Shown here: piece by piece, positions 1 through 11,742 of the stretch | How the letters are laid out: each line of letters opens with the position of its first letter | Position numbering within the stretch: the first letter of the stretch is position 1 | Source of the DNA: Octopus sinensis | Taxonomy: Eukaryota | NCBI RefSeq assembly: GCF_006345805.1 | Contig: NC_043004.1 | Location: 9,920,001-9,984,000 of the forward strand | Reading direction: 5' to 3' | DNA: 64,000 nucleotides | The notes under the pieces: generated by a model | The model's input: the letters and a program-made list of their open reading frames with translations, nothing else | The model's database searches: none | What the model was told of the DNA's origin: nothing | Program-made: the position numbers and the translations under genes

Positions 1-1310
1 TGAGGCGAGATGAAAAAACAAAAAAAATATAGTGTGTGTTAGTGTGTGCGTCTGTGTGTAGGCGTGTGAGGTAGGGCGAGACTAGTGGTCAGCTAGCAGA
101 CAGGTCAGTAGGAGAAAAGAAGAAGGAGGAAGGGAGGTCAGTAGTAAGAAAGAAAGGAAGGAGGAAGGGAGGGAGGGGAAGGGGTGGGGGCGTATGTAGC
201 GTGCCAGCGTGTGTTGAGTAGTAGTGTGTGTGTGTGTCCAGTGTCGTGTGTATTAATGGCGAGTAGATTGAATGTGTGTGAGAGTGATGTATATATATAG
301 GCAAGGTGTGTATATGTGTGCGCGTGTGTGTAACGAAAAAAGGGGGGGGTTTAAGGAAAAAGGACTCCAGCTGAGGGGAAGATGGAAGAGTGGTACCGCG
401 GAGACAGCGTGGGAAAACCAACGACACGCGACGGTCCCAGGAACGGGCGGGAGGTCTCGTCAGGTCCAAGGGCGAGGTGTATGCGGCGCGTATGCAGCGC
501 GAGCCGGCGCAAGTGCGTGTGTGGGCGTGCCTGCGAGTATGCGCGTAAGTATGTATGGTGTGGATGTGTGATGTGTCTGTGTGTATGTCTGGGTGGCAGT
601 GTGTCCGATGAATGTATGTGAGTATGTGTGTATGTATGTGTGTGCATAGATGTATTCCGTGTGTGTGTGTGTGTGTATGTGTGTGAGTGTGTATGTATGT
701 ACGTGTGGGTGTGGGGAAGTGTGTGTATGTGCATGTGTGTGCGCGTACATACAGGTGTGTGAGTGAGTGTGGTGTTGTGTGTTGTATGTGTGAGTGTGTA
801 TGTATGTGTGTGTCGGATGCATGTATGTGTATGGGTGTATGCATGCGTGTGGTATGTATTTATGTTGTACTGCGTGTGTGTGTGTGTGTATGCGTGTAGG
901 TGTGCGCGTGTGCATGCAGCGCATGTGCGTATGTGTGTGTGTGTGCATGTGTGTGGGTAATATGTATGTGCGTATATTGTGTGTATGTGCGTACTTTGTG
1001 GTGTGTATGCATGTGTGTGTATGTAGGTGTGTAGGCGTGTGTGTATAGGTGTATTAATGTAAGTATGTGTGGGTGTGTCCGTGTATGTGTGTGTATGTAT
1101 GTGTGTGTATGTAGTGTGTGGGCGTGTGTATATGTGTGTGTATGTAGGTGTGGGGCGTGTGTATATAGGTGTATGTGTGTATTCTGGGTGTGTCCGTGCA
1201 TGTTTGTGTGTGGTGTGTATGCATGTGTGTGGGTGTGTGTGCGTGTGTAATTTATATATAGATTACCATGCACACGCCCCCCACACACACATACAAAACA
1301 CATACGCATC
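1..1310. repeat. Degenerate (GT)n/(GTAT)n low-complexity block
   Basis: Almost entirely irregular TG/TATG repeats; source of the HT/CV-rich ORFs; the irregularity suggests old decay or unpolished reads. Confidence 0.85.
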
Positions 1311-1776
1311 TGAGGACGGGTATATAAGTGATTATAAATATATCCATAATTTTGTATGTAATGATAAATCTACGTGTCTTAGAGAATATACGTATGTATG
1401 TATGTATGTATGTATGTATGTATGTATGTATGTATGTATGTATGTATGACAGAATATGATGAAAAAGTCAGAAGATTTCAATGAAAATCTTCAGGATATC
1501 AACAAATATCAAGAATTCTTATGATGATGATGGTGGCGGTACTAGTGGCGGTGGCGACAACGGCTGTGGTGGTGGTGCTGCTGGTGGTATTGGAGGTGGT
1601 TTTGGTATATAATGATTTTGAAGTTACATGTCTGTATCTCCAGCATCTGACTTATTGGGAAAAGTATGAATTTTGGAAGCACCAATTAACTCTGATCATA
1701 TGCATAATTCGTAACGTACGTTCTTCCATCGCACACAACCTTTTTTAGATGAAGCTTCTTTGGCTACATATATATA

Positions 1777-2691
1777 TCTATATATATAAAACTGTAGTTG
1801 TGTGAGTGTCTGTCCCCTTCGATTTAGATTCCTAACTACTCCCACTTTTGCGGTGCAGTTTAACCAAATTCGGGTATCTTAAGTCGTGATTCATATCGAG
1901 GCCGTCTGGGTTTAGTGCGCGTCTACGATGATCTACGATTTTAAAAATAATTTAACATCATTTTTTATTCCATTTTAATGCATAATTTTTCGTGTGTCGA
2001 TGGCGGCGGAGTTGGCGTCCACACTCAAACATCTGCAACTGCGTTGCGGTCTCCCCCCTTCTTCCCTCCCTCGTGAAGCTGTGGGGAAGGGAGTGTAAGG
2101 AAATCAACGTCGTAAAGTAAAGCGTTGTCAAGGAGACCAGCGTTCTTTTAGAACAACGACTTCATGGCTTGAAGTCGCCAAAACAAAGAAATCGCTAAAA
2201 AAGCTGATGAAACGATCCAAAAACGGCAATTACCGCCACACAGGGCAGGTTTCCTGTGCAAAAATTTGCACAGCCGAATGTTTAGTTGTTGCACAAAATC
2301 TTGATATATAAAAGTAAGGTTGTGTGTCTTCTCTACGATTTAGATTCCTAAACTACTCCCACATTTTGCGGGCAGTGTAACCAAAAACGGGTATCTTATA
2401 GTCGTGATTCATATCGAGCCCTCGGGGTATTAGCGCGCGTCTACGATGAGTCTACGATTTAAAAAAAAATTACCATCATTTTTTATTCCATTTTAATGCC
2501 ATTTTTCGCTATTATATAAGGGAAGTACTCTCTCTAAAAATGTCTACGATGAGTCAACGATTTAAAAAAAAATTACCATCATTTTTTATTCCATTTTAAT
2601 GCATTTTCTGCTATTTTTTTGCTATAACTCACTAAAATGCTTATATAGTTATTCCCTTACAAACCCGAGCAACGCCGGGCGATACTGCTAG
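1777..2691 (+). mobile_element. Non-autonomous Helitron (composite/tandem)
   Basis: 5' TC (TCTATATATATAAAA) after A1776; subterminal hairpin CCCGAGCAACGCCGGG at 2664-2679; 3' CTAG at 2688-2691 followed by T. The first ~200 bp recur from ~2303 and a ~65 bp segment is duplicated at ~2440/2541. These are canonical Helitron termini. Confidence 0.85.
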
Positions 2692-2779
2692 TATATATAT
2701 ATATATATATATATAATGTGTTGTGTGTGTGTGTGTGTGATGTGTGTGTGTGCGTGTGTGGTGTGGGCGTGCGTGTTGT

Positions 2780-2819
<40 letters not shown>

Positions 2820-3096
2820 GTCCTGTGTGTGCGTGCGCGCGCGTGTTGACGCCACCAAAATAACAATATTAACGACAAGGCGTCGGAGTTGTGAGGATTT
2901 TGGTCCATAGCTGATGAAGATTGTACGTGTCCAAGTCCTTTGTGTACGTTTTCTGTTTTCTGTGTTTCTTCGTCGTCTTTCTGTGGGACATTTCACTATT
3001 ACACACACACACACACACGCATATATGAGTGTGTGTGTGTATGTTTGTACTTATATGTATGGTGTGCAAGCAAGTATGTATGTGTATGCATGTCTG

Positions 3097-3128
<32 letters not shown>

Positions 3129-3149
3129 GTAAATCCAAACAAGAAAGCA

Positions 3150-3202
<53 letters not shown>

Positions 3203-3363
3203 GCATACTTTATTTAAAAGCAGCAGAAATTCAACAAAACCTGTTACCCGGAGTTTCACGTTCGCGTTCGTCGGACAGTTTTGTTTACTCTACCCCTGGT
3301 ATTTGAGTACTCTTTTTTATCCACCTTGTTTCACATTTATGTGTTTACTCCGGTGTATATTTG
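3203..3363 (-). mobile_element. Short (TA)n-embedded element (P2), probable Penelope-like terminus
   Basis: Unique ~160 bp between TA tracts carrying a hammerhead-like fold on the minus strand; the PLE assignment is inference. Confidence 0.45.
3236..3282 (-). ncRNA. Candidate minimal type I hammerhead ribozyme (variant core)
   Basis: Minus strand reads aaaactgt-CCGACGA-acg(cgaa)cgt-GAAA-ctccggg-TA-acag(g)tttt. Helix I and helix II pair, helix III is near-palindromic, cleavage triplet GUA; U4 is replaced by C. Confidence 0.45.
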
Positions 3364-3377
3364 TATATATATATATA

Positions 3378-3500
3378 ATGTATAAAACAAAACGAAAACT
3401 AAAACAAAAGACGAAGACAGGTGTATGGGCAACAAACAAGTGTATTAGTTTGACGCTCGGGAAAAATGAAAAAGTCTTTTACGGTTCGATAAGGAGAAAT
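3378..3500 (-). mobile_element. Short (TA)n-embedded element (P3), truncated PLE-like terminus
   Basis: Motif AAAGTCTTTTACGGTTCGA matches the reverse complement of CGAAACGTAAAGGACTTT at ~50520. Confidence 0.35.
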
Positions 3501-3542
3501 AAACAGAGAGAGAATGAAGAAAGCTTGTAGCAGTCTAATCTG

Positions 3543-3548
<6 letters not shown>

Positions 3549-3603
<55 letters not shown>

Positions 3604-3612
3604 CAATCAATC

Positions 3613-3647
<35 letters not shown>

Positions 3648-3675
3648 TAAGATATATCTATCTATCTATCTACTC

Positions 3676-3713
<38 letters not shown>

Positions 3714-3720
3714 ATATACA
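3549..3720. repeat. Compound (TA)n/(ATCA)n/(TCTA)n microsatellite
   Basis: Directly visible. Confidence 0.9.
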
Positions 3721-3959
3721 TACTGGGATAGCACATATACATACTGGCACATATCACATTCTTTCGGGAAATTTTATTTCACAACAAATTACGATATAAT
3801 CGGAATCTGTAGATTCTCAGCTGTGTTTGCAGAAAATTTTCTACAAAAACGATCTGAAGTGATTTTGTAGAAAATTTCATTGAAAAATATCATTTTTTCT
3901 GTAAGTTATGACGCAAAACATTGAGTGGGGTACATATGTTTAGGTATGCTACACCTAAA

Positions 3960-3974
3960 GAGAGAGCGAAAGCG

Positions 3975-4025
<51 letters not shown>

Positions 4026-4036
4026 TAGATAGATAG

Positions 4037-4088
<52 letters not shown>

Positions 4089-4160
4089 GAGATAGAGAGG
4101 TAGATAGATAGATAGAGAGATAGAGAGAGAGAAAGAGTGAGAGAGAGAAAGAAAGAGAGA
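3960..4160. repeat. (AG)n/(AGAT)n microsatellite
   Basis: Directly visible. Confidence 0.9.
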
Positions 4161-4446
4161 TTGAGTTAGATAAGCACAGGTCGGCTTGAGGCGTATATTT
4201 ACATGGAGCTCAAATACTGATTAAAGACTAAAGAAAAAAAAGGAACAAAAGAACAGAAGAATTATGTAAAGCCTTATCTCGACACTTGTTTCAAGAAAGC
4301 CATAATTTACGTAACAATTATATTCATATTAATATGTCCGTAGGTGTGTGTCCTACGATATGTTTCGATGATATATATATATGCATATATATTAATACAC
4401 ATACACACACACACACACACTCATATATATATATATATATATATGT

Positions 4447-4672
4447 ATGCATATTCAAAATGTGACCGCGTGTGTAACGTTGGCGATTTTTTTTCCTCTG
4501 TCTTCCCTTCTCTGGATCTTTCCTTCTCCTATGTTTCCGACGAAGAGCTCCGCTCGAAACGTTAAACCCCTCTTCTTTCCTTCTTTCCTGAACGTCTAAT
4601 AATACTATATTTGTTCCACGTCCTCGCGTTGTTGTGTTTTTTTGTGCTTTCTTGTTTGGATTAACTTTATAT
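4447..4672 (+). mobile_element. Short (TA)n-embedded element family P1 (PLE-terminus-like), copy 1
   Basis: ~225 bp nearly identical to the reverse complement of 43592-43807 and partly 52737-52872; contains CCGACGAAGAGCTCCGCTCGAAACGTT; flanked by TA/CA tracts. Confidence 0.7.
4533..4567 (+). ncRNA. Candidate minimal hammerhead ribozyme in P1
   Basis: gttt-CCGACGA-a-gagc(tcc)gctc-GAAA-cg-TT-aaac. Helix I gttt/aaac, 4-bp helix II, palindromic AACGTT helix III; departs from consensus by U4C and one extra A. Confidence 0.35.
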
Positions 4673-4721
4673 ACATACACACACACACACACACACAGAC
4701 ACACAGACACACACACACACA

Positions 4722-4764
<43 letters not shown>

Positions 4765-4890
4765 GTATATATGTGTGTGTTTGTATGTATATGTATGAAT
4801 CATGAAATAATAGGATTTCAACAGATTTTAGTTTAAATATGAATATTTTAAAACAATATTTACAGCATAAAATACACCATATACATTCTG

Positions 4891-4938
<48 letters not shown>

Positions 4939-4949
4939 TGCAGGCACAC

Positions 4950-5150
4950 ACACTCCCTCTTCTTCTTCTTCTACTTCTCCCTCTCTTTCTTCTTCTTCTT
5001 CTTCTTCTTCTTCTTCACCCGCTTCTTCTTCTTCTTCTTCTTCTTCTCTTCCTCTTCTTCTTCTTCTTCTTCTTCTTCTTCTTCTCCTTCTTCCTCCTCC
5101 TCCTCGTCCTCCTCCTTCCTCTCCTCCTTACCTCCCCCTCTTTCTTTGTT
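4950..5150. repeat. (CTT)n/(CTC)n microsatellite
   Basis: Directly visible. Confidence 0.9.
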
Positions 5151-6243
5151 TTTCTGTGGAAGAAGTCAGTTGAGATCAAACCCGGAGAAGGATGGGTTTC
5201 GCCAACCTTAGAAATGTCTAAGACACGCCGTATATCACGACAGTGCTCCTGCGACTCCAACAAGAGCTAAGGGCCTAGAAAAGGCAGAATAAAGCCTCCT
5301 CTATCTAGTACGACGCCCCATTGTTTTCATTTATTATTTCTCTTTTTCTTTTTTTGTTTATTTTTGCTATATTCATCACATGATTGAAATCTTTCGTCAG
5401 AACAGACACATAACCCGTGGAAATCTCTAGAACCTTATCTCAAGATAATCGCTGCAGATGAAATTAATGGAGCCATTAAACATTTAGCTTGTTCATTATA
5501 AGGAACATTTCCCATCCCCTCTCAAGAGATGTGTGAGGCTTTAACGACTTAATACCCACATCTTGCTATGACTTTCTGATAAGATAACAACAACAACAAC
5601 AACAACAATACCGACAATAATGATAAAAATAATAACAATAAATAAATAAATGAAGAAGATAGAAGATAAACAATATGAAAAGAAGACATAACACATACAC
5701 ATACTAAACAAACAAAACAAAACTACAGTGGCAGCGACAGTTGGGGGGGGGGTATATTAGGTGAGTGGGTAGGATGGAGGTTCGATTCCGGGCAGTTTAG
5801 TTTTCTTGCTGGCCTCGATAAATTGACGAGGGAGACGCTATTAGTGTGCAGCTTTCCTCTTCATTTGTAATGCTGTCATGGTCATCACTTGGCTAGCTAG
5901 CAAAGATAGCTAAGCTATCCGAGTGATTGACGGTTTATGCCAGGTAACGCCACCTTACCTCGAAATTCCTTCCACCCTCTTTTCAAACCCCAATCCCCCC
6001 CCCATCTTTCTTTTCTTTTTCTCTTTCTCATCCTTTTCCTCTTCTTTCCTCATGACCATAAACGCTGCCTCTCCTTCACAGTCTCCAAACACACCAGCTG
6101 CCTTGAAACCAGCAGGCTTTCACATTCCATCGACGCCCAATGAAAGATTTACAACCAGCCATATTTGTACCGCTTTCTGCTTTTATTCTTTTTGTCCTTT
6201 CTTTCTTTCTTTCTTTCTTTCTTTCCTCCTTTCTTTCTTTCTC

Positions 6244-6283
<40 letters not shown>

Positions 6284-6981
6284 TCCTTCCTCCTTTCTTT
6301 CTTTTTTCCTTTCTTTCTTTACTTCCTAACTTCATTCCTTCTTTCCTTTTTACTCTTTTTTCTTTTTTGTAGTTGTTAGTTTGTTGGTAGAGAAAGGGTT
6401 TTGATGAGTTGACTGAATAAGTGTGGTTGTGTTTTAGGTGATGCTAAATCACACACACACAACCCTGTTAACTTCGTCGTCGTTCAAGAATTTTTTTCTT
6501 TCCACCTCCTACTTTTTGTTTAATATTCTTGTAAGCGAGCAAGCAAGCAAGCAGGCCGGCAGGCAGGCGGGCGGGCGGGCAGGCGGGCAAGCAAGCAGTC
6601 AAGCCATCCAACCAACCAGCCGAATTTCTTCTCTCCTCTCTTATTCGTGTCAGAGTAAGAATGCAAGACGTTAGCTGATTTGCGTTGGTTCATAATATTA
6701 CGTCTCTACTCCTAAGAGGCCTGGCTACCATCAATCAGTTTGTCAAGACTCAATTACTGTGACACAAGCCGAGAATAATAAATGCAAGAAGAAGAAGAAG
6801 GAAAAAAAAACTAGCGAATTTTCTTTTTCTTTTCGTTATTAGCTTCCCAGTTTAGAATACGTAGAAGCATCTCGTCGTACGTCCTTGAAAGCAAACGCGC
6901 AAATCACCAAAAGCCGCCATTATCAGAAACGGTCAGGTACATGCGTACAAATGTGCATCTGGTGTTCAAACGGAGTAGTTA

Positions 6982-7031
<50 letters not shown>

Positions 7032-7275
7032 CAGAATGTATATGGTGTATTTTATGCTGTAAATATTGTTTTAAAATATTCATATTTAAACTAAAATCTG
7101 TTGAAATCCTATTATTTCATGATTCATAATGTTCATCAGATGAACAGATACCTCTCCTTCTGTAGGTAAACACTCACTTAATATCTTAATACATAAGAGA
7201 TTTAATGAATACACCATTAAATATAATACTAAACACAAGCTTAACTTTCTTCTAACCATATTTCGAACTCTAGAA

Positions 7276-7591
7276 CAGTGCTACTCAGAATGGTGGTCTG
7301 CGGACCGGTGCCGGTCCGCGACGCATCAGCTGCCAGTACGCGGCGAGTTTCCAGAAAAGAAAGAAACTTTATAAAATGCTTATAAAATACTTATAAAATG
7401 CTTATGTAATATTGTATTATTTGTTTACAAAATAAATATAAGATAAATTGTCAACTTTTATTATATTCATTATATATATATTGTTTCCGTTATAAATTAA
7501 TATTACTAAGAAATATTACCGGTTCCTGGCACATTGGGGGATGGGTAGTAAAAAAACGTCGGTACACCACATCAGAATTTGAGAAGCACTG
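7276..7591. mobile_element. hAT (Charlie-like) MITE, 316 bp
   Basis: TIRs CAGTGCTACTCAGA / TTTGAGAAGCACTG; exact 8-bp TSD CTCTAGAA at 7268-7275 and 7592-7599, matching the NTCTAGAN target typical of Charlie-type hATs. Confidence 0.9.
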
Positions 7592-7696
7592 CTCTAGAAT
7601 ACACTGGCTGGATCCTTCATTTCATCATTGAAATAAGCAAGAGTTTTTGAGCAATTTAGATGTAAAATAACTACATGACTAAATTCTTTTCCTTGG

Positions 7697-7803
7697 TTTA
7701 GTCATTGAACTCGCGGCCATGCTGGAGCACAGCCTTGAAGGGTTTAGTAGAAAACATCGACTTCAGTACTTATTTGTAAGTCAAATACATATTCTATTGG
7801 TCT
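7697..7803 (-). mobile_element. SINE family A, 3' fragment
   Basis: Matches the reverse complement of the family A tail (GCTCCAGCATGGCCGC...). Confidence 0.7.
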
Positions 7804-7839
7804 AAAATATTCATTTCTGCTCGAGGCAGAAGAGCTCGA

Positions 7840-8050
7840 AATTTTGGGGGAGAGGCCAGTCGATTACATCGACCCCCAGTACGCAACTGGTACTTAATGT
7901 ATCGACCCCGAAGGGATGAAATTCGACCTTGGCGGGATTTGAACTCAGAACGTAAAGACAGACGAAATACCGCAAAGAATTTCGCCCGGCGTGCTTGCGT
8001 TTCTTATTTCATTATTGTCCACAAGGGGCTAAACATAGAGAGGACAAACA
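7840..8050 (-). mobile_element. SINE family B
   Basis: GTCGATTACATCGACCCCCAGT...ATTTGAACTCAGAACG matches the reverse complement of the B copy at 29013. Confidence 0.8.
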
Positions 8051-8128
8051 AGGTCCAGGAATTGAAACCACGATCGCAACACCCAAACCACTTGGTCATG
8101 CGCCTTTACATATATACATATGAATACA

Positions 8129-8190
<62 letters not shown>

Positions 8191-8738
8191 TATATATATA
8201 AATATAAACACATAGTCTTATGAACCTACATGCATGCATGCACGCAAGCACGTACACACGCACACACACACATACACACACATGCACATTGATTTCTAAC
8301 ATTTGTGTAAAACTGGAGATAAGGTATATGCTATGTATTTCACATGTGCATATCGCGTGTGTTCATCATGTGTTACATATACACCAGAGGGTAAAACGGA
8401 ATGAGTCATCGAAAACAAGTATTACTTAGAAGAGAGCGTAAGAACAATAATATTGTATATTTCATATACAGAAAACGCCCAAACAAATGATATGGAATTG
8501 TTCAATGTATAAGGGTTCAGGGATAGGCGGGTGGGTTACAAAGGAAAACAGTCAAAGAATGATTTCTTCTCTGTCTTTTGTTGTATCGTTTTCTTTTTCT
8601 TCTTTCTCTGTTGCTCTCTTTTTTTTCTTCTCCAAATCAACCACAAAACATGCTGTAGTAAAAACACAAAACACAAAACAACATTATTCGCAACACGAAT
8701 AACAACAGCTACAAACTGCAGCATCGTCTGTAACACTA

Positions 8739-9302
8739 TTGGGTTGTCCGGAAAGTTCGTGCCGATTTATAGTAGCTTACCTTTCGACTTATTTTAGATC
8801 ATGTTGGAGTCCATAAAAATAGGATTTGACTACACCTCCATTTAGAGCACAACTGTCTTTTTGTGGAAGCGGGGGTTTATGTTCCTATAACCTGTGTTAA
8901 TTCTGTAACCCTTTAAAATGGAAGATAAGAAAGTTCGTTTTCGGCACTTGATGCTTTTGGGAACCAGACAAAAATTGCTACAGCTCGGCTGTGATGTGTT
9001 ACCCGACCCTCCATATTCACCAGATATTGCTCCTTCGGATTTCCACTTATTCAGGTCTTTGCAGAATAGTCTTAATGGTAAAAATTTCAATTTCTTGGAT
9101 GACGTAAAAAGATACCTTGATGAATTCTTTGCCATGAAACCACCTCAATTTTGGGAAGGGGGTATTTTCAAGTTAAAGGAAAGATGGAGACGCATTGTGC
9201 AACAAAATGTTTCATATTTAGTTGATTAAAATTGTAATGGCAAGTATATATTGACATTTTTCTTTCCTTTAAAAATCGACACGAACTTTCCGGACAACCC
9301 AA
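8739..9302 (+). mobile_element. Internally deleted mariner element, 564 bp
   Basis: ~30-bp TIRs TTGGGTTGTCCGGAAAGTTCGTGCCGATTT / AAATCGACACGAACTTTCCGGACAACCCAA (1 mismatch); TA TSD at 8737-8738 and 9303-9304. Confidence 0.92.
8918..9229 (+). pseudogene. Mariner transposase remnant (N-terminus fused in frame to C-terminus)
   Basis: MEDKKVRFRHLML resembles mariner N-termini; PPYSPDIAPSDFHLFRSLQN is the YSPDLAPxD motif carrying the third catalytic D; the DNA-binding domain and most of the catalytic domain are missing. Confidence 0.85.
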
Positions 9303-9319
9303 TAATAGCATATCAAGTC

Positions 9320-9420
9320 AATTTGGAGGAGACTCTAGGTGGTGTTTCAAACGTTTAGAAATAGCAGTCTAATCTCCTTCGAATCCCATTCCATCAAAAT
9401 ACCACTGTACCTGAAAAACG
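9320..9420 (-). mobile_element. Uncharacterised dispersed repeat family E, fragment
   Basis: TAGAAATAGCAGTCTAATCTCCTTCGAATC is the reverse complement of GATTTGAGGGAGATTTGGCTGCTATTTCTAGC-like segments at ~16590, ~26940, ~27825 and ~46750. Confidence 0.55.
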
Positions 9421-9851
9421 TTCACGACAGGAATACTATTGGTTGTAGTTCTGGTTGATCAGAAAAAGCAACTGCAGCATCGTACTCAGCAAGCTCATCA
9501 AAAAGGTCAACATGAACAGCAAAAGCAAAAGCAACATCTACGACATCAACAGCAATCCCAACAACAGTAAGCATGTCGAATCATTGAGAAAGGCTCTTAC
9601 ACGGTCGTTCGATCTGCTAGATATAACAGACAAATTTCTCTCAAACTACATGCTACTGAATAATAAAAGAATGAATATTGGATAATGTAGTTCTATGTAT
9701 ACTGTATCTGGAGAAAAAAAAAAAAAAGACAGGATGGTCACGGTTGGAATATCCTAGATAACAGGTTTCCTTGATCATGGCTGATTTGGAGCTAAACACC
9801 ACCACCAACAACAGTAATAATAATAATAATAATAATAACAACAACAACAAC

Positions 9852-9898
<47 letters not shown>

Positions 9899-10406
9899 TG
9901 ATGATGATGATAATAATAATTTCAGCGATAGCTGAGGCATGATGACAACATGATTCTAACACTGACATAAAACCCCAAAATTGTGAATAAAAAAAATGGA
10001 GGCTGTAATCGATTAAAACGGACCTCCATATCTGCCTGCTACTTATTTTTGACAATACACGTGATTACACACACACACACACACACACTGGTACGCACGC
10101 TAAGAAAACTAAGACTAAATAAAAGGACTCGATACATAATGGTGTAGAGTGTGTGAGTGTGTGCGTGTGTATGAATGTGTATGTTTTCGTGTAAGTGTAT
10201 GTATGTTGTGTGTGTGTGTGTGTGTTTAATTATTTAATGCCTTACAGTTGTACAAGTATTTCAATTCCTTTGAAAATATATTGATGCATTGAAAATCTTG
10301 CTCTTGAAAGGCGTTAAATTTTTAATGTATACACACACATGCATGTATGCATAAATAGTACATACATAATGCATACATATATATACACAATATATATCTA
10401 TATATC

Positions 10407-10438
<32 letters not shown>

Positions 10439-10452
10439 TGTATGTATGTATG

Positions 10453-10511
<59 letters not shown>

Positions 10512-11703
10512 ATATATATATATCATGTACAAACACTCATACAGACGCACATAAGCATTTTATACATTCTGTATTTATTGTCTTTAAAGAAAATACGTAG
10601 TATAATAACGACAAGCAGGTGTAAACACACGCATACGGACGCGCGCACACACATACACACACATGCACACACATGCACACACATGCACACACATGCACAC
10701 ACACACAGAAATACAAATACAAAGATAAACATACAAACAACACTAAGGTTTCCAAAAGCATTTTATTGGTTATAAATAAGAGGTGAACAAACCTTGCATC
10801 CCTGCTTAGATTGTAAAATAACGTCAGAAAATCCACCAATCAGCTGCAAGCTTTTCCTTAACACCATATTCTCAAGGCTGACATCTTCTCAATAAATATC
10901 TTTCCCCCCTGCTTTTTTTTTGTTCTGTTTGGTTCAATCAATACCCTGATCCTGCTGATGTTCCTCTTTTATATATTATGGCCTCGAAAACACACATACA
11001 CAAAAAGATCTTACTGGTTACTTTTATAACTAATACTAATCTTTTCCAAATATCTATTTGAGAATTTTTATGCGGCCTTGCATCACATATGAAAAGAAAG
11101 CCCGCAGAGAAATACATATATATATATATATATATATAAGTGAACACCCATAGTCGATTCTAGGTAAATTGCTATGAAATAATACCGAATTAATATTTTG
11201 GTAACACGAGTTTGAAACCTTATCTTTTTTGCTTTATTTTTAGAACGCAAAATAAATAAGACAAGAAATTTTTGAACAAGAAAAGAAGTTGGAATTTTGG
11301 AACGAAGGTGGAAACGGAAAGAACTCATTCGAGGAATGTTCAATGACACTCAAGTAGGTCAGAAATATCGCAGACTTTCCAAATAACATAATTGAGAAAT
11401 CGAATTTCTTTGTGCAACCATCGTAGAGAATTTCGGACTTGAGGCGGAACAAGAATCTAACAGAACTACGCTATCATATTGTTGATACTAAATAATATTA
11501 ATGCTGAGATATAAAATTGAATATTACACAATGTGTGTGAATGTGAATGCGTGTCTGTAGATATGTGAGTATGTAATATATGTGTATGTGAGTGTGTGTG
11601 TGCGTGTGTGTCTATTTATATATACAGATGTATGTATTTGCATATACATATATATTTGTATATGCATGTATGTGAATGTGTGAATGTGGATATATGTGAA
11701 TGT

Positions 11704-11742
<39 letters not shown>

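Noticed and set aside
1481-1612. 43-aa Gly-rich mini-ORF (MKIF...GGGAAGGIGGGFGI)
   Set aside because: Best explained as a decayed (GGT)n microsatellite.
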